Source of the DNA: a bacterium
GTDB lineage: Bacteria; Patescibacteriota; Minisyncoccia; UBA6257; Colwellbacteraceae
Length of the DNA stretch: 35,788 nucleotides
Assembly (NCBI GenBank): GCA_043808035.1
Contig: JAZDFH010000054.1
Span: 1 to 35,788, forward strand
Reading direction: 5' to 3'
Under the pieces are notes generated by a model that searched no databases, had not been told where the DNA came from, and saw only the letters and a list, made by a program, of their open reading frames with translations. Position numbers and translations under genes: made by a program. Shown here in pieces: positions 18,665-26,018 of the stretch; position 1 is the first letter of the stretch; every line of letters begins with the position of its first letter.

Positions 18665-19466
18665 CGTTATTACGATTTTTTTTGGGATATTGATCGGTGT
18701 GTTCGGTCCCAGTACGGCTGTAGACGTATATTTTTGTGATGTCGGTCAAGGGGATGGGGCGTTAGTTGTTTTACCTGGCAACGTAAAGATCGTTGTTGAT
18801 GGTGGTGTGGATGAAAGGATGGTATCGTGTCTTACACGTTATTTACCTATTCATGACAGAGTGATTGATCTTGTGATTATTTCGCATCCTGAAAAAGATC
18901 ATTATGCAGGGCTTATATCTGTATTAAACCAATATCGTGTACGTACGTTATTGTATAATGGGAGAGACGGACAAGGAGATTATTGGGATGAATTTGAACA
19001 TCAATTGGAAGTAAACAACGTTCAAAAAATAGCAGTAAGCGCCGGTGATACTGTACAGTATGCTGACTATACTTTGAAGTTCTTATGGCCATTCTCTACA
19101 AATAATGAGTCAAATAACGACGATTCTCTGATCTTGATGTTTGAGGGGCAAGGGATAAAAACTCTTTTTACCGGTGATATTGGTTTTGCTTCGGAGAATG
19201 TCATAACCGATATGTATGACGTTACAATTGATGTTTTAAAAGTTTCGCACCATGGTTCAGTCTATGCGACGGGAACGTATTTTCTACATGAAGCGAAACC
19301 CTATGTATCGATTATTTCCGTAGGAGAAAATTCGTATGGACATCCGCATCCATCATTGATACAAAGATTACAGTCAAGTGGGAGTGAAGTATATCGGACA
19401 GATATCGATGGGGATGTTCATCTTGTATATAAGGGTGGTATACTGGAAGCGTTTTCTCAAAAATAA
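18630..19466 (+). CDS. comEC: ComEC/Rec2 C-terminal part (TM helix + metallo-beta-lactamase domain)
   Basis: CDVGQGDGALVV, ISHPEKDHYAGL and VSHHGS are MBL-fold motifs of the ComEC C-domain. It overlaps the preceding ORF by 35 nt in the +1 frame. Confidence 0.85.
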   Translation: MRYWLYAFLGLSVITIFFGILIGVFGPSTAVDVYFCDVGQGDGALVVLPGNVKIVVDGGVDERMVSCLTRYLPIHDRVIDLVIISHPEKDHYAGLISVLNQYRVRTLLYNGRDGQGDYWDEFEHQLEVNNVQKIAVSAGDTVQYADYTLKFLWPFSTNNESNNDDSLILMFEGQGIKTLFTGDIGFASENVITDMYDVTIDVLKVSHHGSVYATGTYFLHEAKPYVSIISVGENSYGHPHPSLIQRLQSSGSEVYRTDIDGDVHLVYKGGILEAFSQK

Positions 19467-19586
19467 TCAGTATAGTTGTGGTTACATAAGCAAAGATTTT
19501 CTGTATGAAGAAATTAAGAAGTTGTATAAATCAACTTTATAATCATCAGTGTATTTTAAACGGAGGAATGGTATAATGGAGCCGTT

Positions 19587-20981
19587 ATGCGAATATTATC
19601 AAGTGAATTAAACAACAAAATTGGAGAAAAGGTTGAACTGGCAGGATGGATTGCTTCGCGAAGAGATCATGGGAAGCTTATTTTTATTGATATCCGTGAT
19701 CGTGAAGGAATAACGCAAGTTGTATTCTTACCTAACAATGTCTCTGCTCATGAAGAGGCTGAAAAGTTGCGTCCCGAGTGGGTTATTCGGATTAAAGGTG
19801 ATGTTGTCGCTCGTCCGGACAAGATGAGGAATCCTGATATTGTCAGTGGTAACGTCGAAGTTGTTGCGGAAGAATTGACAGTCTTAACTGAAGCTGAGAC
19901 ATTACCATTTGATGTTATGACAGATGGACTGGATATTGGAGAAGACTTACGTATGCAATATCGTTATCTTGATATCAGACGTCCTCGTATGGCAAAAAAT
20001 TTGCGTAATCGATTTAAGGTATTGAACTTTTTTCGGTCATTTTTGGCGAATAAAGGATTTGTCGAGATTGAAACTCCTATTTTGACGAAATCGACACCGG
20101 AGGGCGCACGTGATTATCTTGTCCCATCGCGTTTACAGTATGGTTCTTTTTATGCGCTTCCGCAGGCACCGCAACAGTACAAACAGCTTTTGATGGTTGC
20201 CGGGATTGAGCGATATTTCCAAGTCGCTCGATGTTTCAGAGATGAAGACACGCGAGGAGATCGACAAGCGGAGTTTACTCAAGTTGATATGGAAATGAGT
20301 TTTGTGCAGCGTGAAGATGTTATGGAGATTATTGAAGAATTATGCACAACACTCGTTGAGACATTATATCCTTATAAGAAGATTTCACAGAAACCATGGC
20401 CGCGACTTAATTATGACGATGTGATGGAACAATATGGGACTGATCGACCAGATTTAAGAAAAGATAAGAATGATCACCATGAGCTTGCATTTGCATGGGT
20501 TATCAATTTTCCGCTTTTCGAAAAAGAGAAAAAAGATGGGCACTATTCTCCGGAACATAATATGTTTACTGCTCCACTTGATGAAGATATATCGTTGCTT
20601 GATACTGCGCCTCACACAGTAAAGTCTTGTCAGTACGATGTTGTTCTGAATGGTAATGAAATCTTTGGCGGTGCTATTCGTATCCATGATCCGAAATTGC
20701 AGGAGAGGATTTTTGAAATGATAGGCTTTACGGAGGAGAAGAAACAGCAGTTTTCTCATATGTTGAAAGCTTTTGCATATGGTGTTCCGCCTCATGGAGG
20801 TATTGCATCCGGCTTTGATCGACTTCTGATGGTTCTCGAAAATGAACTTAATATTCGAGAAGTCATTGCTTTCCCTAAGACAGGAGAGGGAAGAGATTTA
20901 ATGATGGATGCACCGTCATCAGTTGATACTATGCAGTTGAATGAATTGCATATAGAAATAAAAAAGGAAGACAAAAAATAA
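19587..20981 (+). CDS. aspS: Aspartate--tRNA ligase (bacterial type, GAD insertion absent)
   Basis: N-terminal OB domain, bacterial-type QAPQQYKQLLM, motif 2 FRDEDTRGDRQAEFTQVD, and motif 3 GGIASGFDRLLM. It is only 464 aa. Confidence 0.93.
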   Translation: MRILSSELNNKIGEKVELAGWIASRRDHGKLIFIDIRDREGITQVVFLPNNVSAHEEAEKLRPEWVIRIKGDVVARPDKMRNPDIVSGNVEVVAEELTVLTEAETLPFDVMTDGLDIGEDLRMQYRYLDIRRPRMAKNLRNRFKVLNFFRSFLANKGFVEIETPILTKSTPEGARDYLVPSRLQYGSFYALPQAPQQYKQLLMVAGIERYFQVARCFRDEDTRGDRQAEFTQVDMEMSFVQREDVMEIIEELCTTLVETLYPYKKISQKPWPRLNYDDVMEQYGTDRPDLRKDKNDHHELAFAWVINFPLFEKEKKDGHYSPEHNMFTAPLDEDISLLDTAPHTVKSCQYDVVLNGNEIFGGAIRIHDPKLQERIFEMIGFTEEKKQQFSHMLKAFAYGVPPHGGIASGFDRLLMVLENELNIREVIAFPKTGEGRDLMMDAPSSVDTMQLNELHIEIKKEDKK

Positions 20982-20984
20982 TAT

Positions 20985-21584
20985 ATGAATAAGAAAGAGA
21001 GAACGTTGATTGTTATCAAACCTGATGGTGTACAGCGTACGTTGATGGGGGAGATTATTACTAGATATGAACGTATAGGATTGAAACTGGTTGGAATAAA
21101 AATGCTTGTTCCGAGTGCTGATATGGTAGAAAAACACTATACGCTTGACCCTGAATGGAGACGGTTGGCAGGAGAAAAGACTATCAAGGCTTATCAATCG
21201 AAAGGGAAGCAACCGCCGTCAGATGATCCATTCGAAATTACAGCAAAAATTTTGGCAGGGCTTAAAAAATATATGACGAGTGGACCTGTTGTTGCGATGG
21301 TGTGGGAGGGTGTGCATGTAGTCAGTATTGTACGGAAGATCACTGGAGGCACAGAGCCACTTACATCTGATGTTGGAACTATTCGTGGAGATTATGTTCT
21401 TGATTCGTATCAATTTGCAGATACAGACGGGCGAGCTGTACGAAATTTAGTTCACGCATCAGGTTCTGTCGAAGAGGCACAAAAGGAGATAGCTCATTGG
21501 TTTGATGAAAAAGAGTTAATAAACTATCGTTTGGTTCAGGAGCAAATTTTGTATGATGTGAATATAGATGGGATTTTTGAATAG
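20985..21584 (+). CDS. ndk: Nucleoside diphosphate kinase (long form)
   Basis: IKPDGVQR, YMTSGPVVAMVWEG, and the catalytic His in NLVHASGS. At 199 aa it is longer than the usual ~140-150 aa because of internal insertions and a C-terminal tail. Confidence 0.9.
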   Translation: MNKKERTLIVIKPDGVQRTLMGEIITRYERIGLKLVGIKMLVPSADMVEKHYTLDPEWRRLAGEKTIKAYQSKGKQPPSDDPFEITAKILAGLKKYMTSGPVVAMVWEGVHVVSIVRKITGGTEPLTSDVGTIRGDYVLDSYQFADTDGRAVRNLVHASGSVEEAQKEIAHWFDEKELINYRLVQEQILYDVNIDGIFE

Positions 21585-21693
21585 ACTGCCCCGTGTTTAT
21601 GATTGTATAACCTGACTGGAAAACGTATCGTGACTCAATCCTGCAATACTATTTGTGGCTATACATTCCCAGTATTTTTTTATTATGTCATTA

Positions 21694-21702
21694 TGGTATA
21701 CT
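21694..21702 (+). promoter_or_regulatory. Extended -10 promoter candidate for the HD-hydrolase gene
   Basis: TGgTATACT lies in the 245-nt ndk/HD intergenic region. The predicted TSS is ~21709-21710, at the 5' arm of the inverted repeat. Confidence 0.4.
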
Positions 21703-21709
21703 GTATATG

Positions 21710-21837
21710 AGCTCCATTCCAGATATTTCTAGCTCAAAATCTTTCACAAGGGAGAACAACAGTACTATATGTCCTTGGACTGTAGTTGAGTTCACCCACC
21801 TGGCGATATAGCTGGGACAGATAATTGGAATGGAGCT
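21710..21837 (+). promoter_or_regulatory. Candidate structured 5' leader whose closing helix sequesters the start codon
   Basis: Perfect 12-nt inverted repeat AGCTCCATTCCA (21710-21721) / TGGAATGGAGCT (21826-21837), separated by 104 nt. The 3' arm contains the ATG at 21830. Confidence 0.35.
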
Positions 21838-22444
21838 TTTTGAATTATATAATCATGGCATGAGAAACGATAAAAGTTTATTTGATCATATTCTAAACAG
21901 GGGTCTTGCACATGTAGTGCGATTTAACAGCAATCCTCAACATTTTTCAGAGTCTGTTGCGGAACATTCGTTTTACGTTACTTATTTTACCACTATTATC
22001 GTTCATCTTCTGGAATCGATTGAAGAAAATATTGATAGTGAACGGGCAATGATGATTGCACTTATTCATGATATGGAAGAAATGTTCAGTGGAGATATTT
22101 TGACACCGTTCAAACACCACAATAAACACGTTTCAGAAGCTATCAAGAAAGTAAATGAAGAGATGATTCCTGAAGCCTTTGATGGACTACCTGATGCATT
22201 GAAGCAAAAATTTGTTACTTTATGGATGGAAGACGCAAGGCAGGAAACGAAAGAAGCGTGTGTGGTGAAGATTGCGGACAAGCTTGCATTGATTTCAAAA
22301 TGTTACGAAGAGATAAAAGCGGGGAATACATTTTTTGAACCGATTTATAAAAAAGAATTAGAAAAATTGTATACGAGAGAAGAAGTTTGGTGGCAAAGAA
22401 TCAAACACGAAATTTTACCTATTGTTTCTGAAAAGTCTGCTTAA
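21830..22444 (+). CDS. HD-domain phosphohydrolase, YfbR-like 5'-deoxynucleotidase family
   Basis: SESVAEHS ... LIHDMEEMFSGDILTP ... VKIADKLALISKCYEEIKAGN. This is the H..HD..D ligand pattern, collinear with YfbR-type enzymes. Confidence 0.82.
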   Translation: MELFELYNHGMRNDKSLFDHILNRGLAHVVRFNSNPQHFSESVAEHSFYVTYFTTIIVHLLESIEENIDSERAMMIALIHDMEEMFSGDILTPFKHHNKHVSEAIKKVNEEMIPEAFDGLPDALKQKFVTLWMEDARQETKEACVVKIADKLALISKCYEEIKAGNTFFEPIYKKELEKLYTREEVWWQRIKHEILPIVSEKSA

Positions 22445-22513
22445 GGAATAAATATCTTATCGCAAATTTTATGTTTTATTGTGTCATATTTTATATGGCA
22501 CTTTTTAATGTGT

Positions 22514-22534
22514 AGGTTTTTAAAACCTTTTTTT
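22514..22534 (+). terminator. Weak AT-rich terminator hairpin between convergent genes
   Basis: AGGTTT (22514-22519) / AAACCT (22523-22528) stem with a 3-nt loop, followed by T-run 28-34. Confidence 0.4.
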
Positions 22535-22578
22535 ATGGAAGAGATTATTCAAAAAGACTTTAACAATAAAACGTATAA

Positions 22579-23304
22579 TTACGTGTCAATGGTTTTATTT
22601 TTTTTGCTCTCTTCGAGGAGTTTTTTCTGCTCTTGTTCTTCTTTTTTGATCGTTTTTTCTGCTACTTTTCTTTTGACGTAAAAATTCATGAGAGAGAAAT
22701 TAATGGTTCCTATAAAGATAATGCCAATCGCATTTACTACGAAAAGCAAAAACGCGTTACTAACGATGCCCCAGTCGAGCATCGCGATGCCAATACCAGT
22801 GACGGCCAGGGGAGGAATAAGTGCAACAGAGATTGCGATACCGGGCAATGTTTCGTTGAGTCGCGGTTTTACCAAGGCGAATGATGCGGCAAATCCTGCA
22901 ATAATGGCAATGACAGCGTATGCGAGAGATGGTTCTGTCCTTGCAATGATTTCAGGATTGAGAACAATTTTATGGTTTACGACAAAGAACAGTGCAGGGA
23001 GTATTGCCGCTCCGATGCTGATAATAATCGATTTCAGGATGGTTGAGGTTGACCGAGAAATTAGTTTTGCGTCAGACATTGTAATACCGAGTGCAAGGCT
23101 TAAAATAGGAGACAGGATTGGCGCAACCAACATACTTCCGATGATAACAGCTCCGCTTCCTAATAACAGTCCGAATGTTGCCATCAAAACAGATAGAACA
23201 ATCATCAGGAAAAAATCAGAAGAAGGGGTACTGGTACTAATCAATCGTTCTACGGCATTCGATTTATCTTCTTCTGATAAATTTTCAAATAAAGAAATAA
23301 ACAT
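22579..23304 (-). CDS. DUF389-like hydrophobic membrane protein
   Basis: The only complete minus-strand gene. It has multiple TM helices, the motif GSMLVAPILSPILSLALG (reminiscent of the DUF389/TIGR00341 family; recognised by eye only), and a Lys/Glu-rich C-tail. Confidence 0.8.
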   Translation of the reverse strand: MFISLFENLSEEDKSNAVERLISTSTPSSDFFLMIVLSVLMATFGLLLGSGAVIIGSMLVAPILSPILSLALGITMSDAKLISRSTSTILKSIIISIGAAILPALFFVVNHKIVLNPEIIARTEPSLAYAVIAIIAGFAASFALVKPRLNETLPGIAISVALIPPLAVTGIGIAMLDWGIVSNAFLLFVVNAIGIIFIGTINFSLMNFYVKRKVAEKTIKKEEQEQKKLLEESKKNKTIDT

Positions 23305-23398
23305 ATACCAAGTTTAGCATATTCTGTTTTTCAAAAAAAGAATGCATACAGTACAGTACTTCTCATATACTTTATTATCTGTTAAGATAATCACATAT

Positions 23399-23779
23399 AT
23401 GGATAATATAAATGCGCAAATACATATTTTGATAGCGGAAGATGAAATGGCAATGGGAAGGGCTCTCCAAATGAAGTTGCAACATATGGGATTTGTCGTT
23501 GAATCGGTTTTAAACGGAGAAGAAGCTCTACAGGCACTTGAGGTAAAACAATTTGAATTGTTATTATTGGATCTTATGATGCCGCTTGTTGATGGTTTTC
23601 GTGTGTTGACCACAATGAATGAAAAAAACTTGAAGGTTCCCGTGATCGTTATGTCAAATCTTGGGCAAACGGACGATATTAAACGAGCGAAAGAAATGGG
23701 AGCAGTTGGATATTTTATAAAGTCAGAGACACCCATTAAAGATTTGGTAACAGAAATTGGGAAAGTCTTGGGCTTATAA
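23399..23779 (+). CDS. Stand-alone response-regulator receiver (CheY-like) 1
   Basis: ILIAEDE acidic pocket, LLLDLMMP phospho-acceptor Asp, VMSNLGQ, and FIKS Lys. There is no output domain. I preferred the start at MDNINAQ (23399) over 23342. Confidence 0.88.
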   Translation: MDNINAQIHILIAEDEMAMGRALQMKLQHMGFVVESVLNGEEALQALEVKQFELLLLDLMMPLVDGFRVLTTMNEKNLKVPVIVMSNLGQTDDIKRAKEMGAVGYFIKSETPIKDLVTEIGKVLGL

Positions 23780-23822
23780 AAAGTTATTACCACTCTTTTT
23801 TTTGGCTACGTATCAAATGGCG

Positions 23823-23831
23823 TGCTATACT
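23823..23831 (+). promoter_or_regulatory. Extended -10 promoter candidate upstream of receiver 2 / pil genes
   Basis: TGcTATACT lies 27 nt upstream of ATG 23859. Confidence 0.35.
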
Positions 23832-23858
23832 GTATACAGTTAATGTAAAGAGCAAATA

Positions 23859-24317
23859 ATGATGATGAGCACGACGAGTGTTTTTGTTAGTTTTCGATAT
23901 ACAGAAATAGGTATCTATATTGATGGAGGAGACGCTTCTTCCGGTGGAAAGCAGTCAAGGCGTGTTTTTGTGGTTGAAGACGAGCAAATCATGGCGCGGA
24001 CATTGGAGTTAAAATTAAATCGATCGGGATTTGAGGCAAAATCTGCATTTGATGGAGCGACTGCTTTAAATATACTCAAAGATGAAAAGTTTGATCTTAT
24101 CTTATTAGATTTAGTTATGCCGAAGGTTGATGGATTTGCTGTGCTTTCGGAATTGAAGGCTCGTGGTAACAAAACGCCGGTTATTGTGATTTCTAATCTT
24201 GGACAAGAAGAGGATATAGAACGAGCGAAAAAACTTGGTGCAAAAGAATATTATGTAAAATCGTATACATCCGTTTCCCAGATTATTGATCATGTAAAAG
24301 AAACGCTTAATGCATAG
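23859..24317 (+). CDS. Stand-alone response-regulator receiver (CheY-like) 2 with ~35-aa N-terminal extension
   Basis: VFVVEDE, LLDLVMP, VISNLGQ and YVKS. It is a paralogue of receiver 1 and has no output domain. Confidence 0.85.
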   Translation: MMMSTTSVFVSFRYTEIGIYIDGGDASSGGKQSRRVFVVEDEQIMARTLELKLNRSGFEAKSAFDGATALNILKDEKFDLILLDLVMPKVDGFAVLSELKARGNKTPVIVISNLGQEEDIERAKKLGAKEYYVKSYTSVSQIIDHVKETLNA

Positions 24318-24341
24318 TAAGGTAATGATACATATATAAAT

Positions 24342-26018
24342 ATGGAACTGACAGATAAAAATATAAGAGAAGTTTTAATAGAAGGAGCTTATGTTGCTGA
24401 AGAAGATATGCAGCAATCCGAGAAAGCTTCGAAAGCGCATCATACGTCTTTGATGGAAGAATTGTTAATGGCTGGACTTGTTACCAAGGACTTACTTGGG
24501 CAGGCGGTGGCGGAGCATCTGGGTATTATTTACGCTGATCTCAACTCACACCAACCACCGCGTGAGCAGGTTTTAAAAATTCCTGAAGTTTTCGCAAAAA
24601 AATACAAAGTTGTTTTATTTCAAGAGGAGGACAAGACTGTGACCATTACGAGTGATTCTCCAGAAGCGAAAGGATTGCAAAAAGAAATCGAAAAGCTATT
24701 TAAAGGGAAGAAGATCATCTATGCATATTCGTTGAGTGATGATATAGATTTGGCATTTGTTCATTATCGAAAGGCGCTTGAGACGAGGTTTAGTAAAATT
24801 ATTAAGAAACAAAATCGTGTTGCTCCGGAGATTCTTGAAGAAATTCTCGATGACGCAGTTATTTACCGAGCATCTGATATTCATTTTGAACCGCAAGAAA
24901 TAGAAGTGGTTATTCGTTTTCGTATTGATGGTATTTTGGAAGAAGCAGGTAGAGTTGCAAAGGAATATTATGAAGGTGTCTTGAATCGTATCAAAGTGCA
25001 ATCGCATCTTCGTACAGATGAACACTTTACAACGCAAGACGGTGCAATCAGGCGTGTGACTGAAAGAGGACATTCAGTCGATTTGCGTGTTTCTATTATT
25101 CCTACGATTGATGGTGAAAAGGTTGTTATGCGGTTACTTGCTGCATACGTAAGAGGTTTTACTATGAGTGATGTCGGTTTAGGTTATACTGATCAAAAAA
25201 AGTTACTTGACGCATCGCATAAGCCATTCGGTATGATTTTGGTTACTGGACCGACCGGATCTGGTAAAACCACCACTCTTTATAGTGTTTTGAAGTTATT
25301 AAATCGACCCGAAGTCAATGTAACGACCATTGAGGATCCTGTCGAATATAAAATTCAGGGAGTCAATCATATTCAGGTAAATGAAGCAACTGGATTAACC
25401 TTTACGAAAGGATTACGTTCCATTGTACGTCAAGATCCCGACATTATTCTTGTTGGTGAGATTCGAGACCTTGATACCGCAGAAATTGCGGTTAATGCCG
25501 CGCTGACAGGACATTTATTGCTTTCAACATTTCATGCGAATGACGCCTCAACATCCGTTCCTCGTCTTTTGGATATGGGTATAGAGCCGTTTTTGCTTGC
25601 TTCGACGCTTGAGCTTATTATTGCACAACGGCTTGTTCGTCGACTTTGTGAGAATTGTCGATATAGTAAGATGATTGACAGAAATGATCTAAAAAGATGG
25701 ATTCAAAATCCTGAAGCATATTTTCCGCAAGAAAAAATTACGGTATATGAAGGAAAAGGATGCAACGTTTGCAATGAAACGGGGTTTAAAGGAAGAATTG
25801 CGATTTTCGAATTTATTCAGACCAGTCCGGAGATACAAGATCTTATTTTAAGTAATCCGTCGACAAAACAGTTATGGGATCTTGCGAAGTCGCAAGGAGC
25901 TCATTCGCTTTTCGAGGATGGCATCGAAAAAGTTAAACAAGGTATTACGACTGTGCAAGAATTGTTGCGGGTTGCCGCTCCGCATTACTTTAAAGATCGT
26001 CACGATGACGAAAAATAA
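24342..26018 (+). CDS. pilB: Type IV pilus assembly ATPase PilB (GspE family)
   Basis: N-terminal T2SSE_N-like domain, Walker A GPTGSGKTTT, Walker B ILVGEIRD, and the tetracysteine motif CENC...CNVC. Length is 558 aa. Confidence 0.93.
   Translation: MELTDKNIREVLIEGAYVAEEDMQQSEKASKAHHTSLMEELLMAGLVTKDLLGQAVAEHLGIIYADLNSHQPPREQVLKIPEVFAKKYKVVLFQEEDKTVTITSDSPEAKGLQKEIEKLFKGKKIIYAYSLSDDIDLAFVHYRKALETRFSKIIKKQNRVAPEILEEILDDAVIYRASDIHFEPQEIEVVIRFRIDGILEEAGRVAKEYYEGVLNRIKVQSHLRTDEHFTTQDGAIRRVTERGHSVDLRVSIIPTIDGEKVVMRLLAAYVRGFTMSDVGLGYTDQKKLLDASHKPFGMILVTGPTGSGKTTTLYSVLKLLNRPEVNVTTIEDPVEYKIQGVNHIQVNEATGLTFTKGLRSIVRQDPDIILVGEIRDLDTAEIAVNAALTGHLLLSTFHANDASTSVPRLLDMGIEPFLLASTLELIIAQRLVRRLCENCRYSKMIDRNDLKRWIQNPEAYFPQEKITVYEGKGCNVCNETGFKGRIAIFEFIQTSPEIQDLILSNPSTKQLWDLAKSQGAHSLFEDGIEKVKQGITTVQELLRVAAPHYFKDRHDDEK

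Noticed and set aside
22688-23317. 209-aa plus-strand ORF opposite the DUF389-like gene
   Set aside because: It is an antisense shadow. The minus-strand product has regular TM helices and a recognisable family-like motif. The plus-strand translation is compositionally odd (Ile/Ala/Pro-rich mirror of TM codons) and has no motif.
23314-23793. 159-aa minus-strand ORF covering receiver 1
   Set aside because: The plus-strand frame encodes a complete CheY-like receiver with all catalytic residues. The minus-strand product has no features and would collide with the DUF389 gene start region.
25882-26004. Upstream in-frame extensions offered by the ORF track (pilC from 25882, efp from 15418, hydrolase from 8743, cysS from 550, comEC from 17360, pilX-like from 33126)
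   Set aside because: The extensions overlap the preceding gene or the tRNA, several start at TTG, and they add residues not found at the N-termini of these families. Internal ATGs give canonical N-termini.
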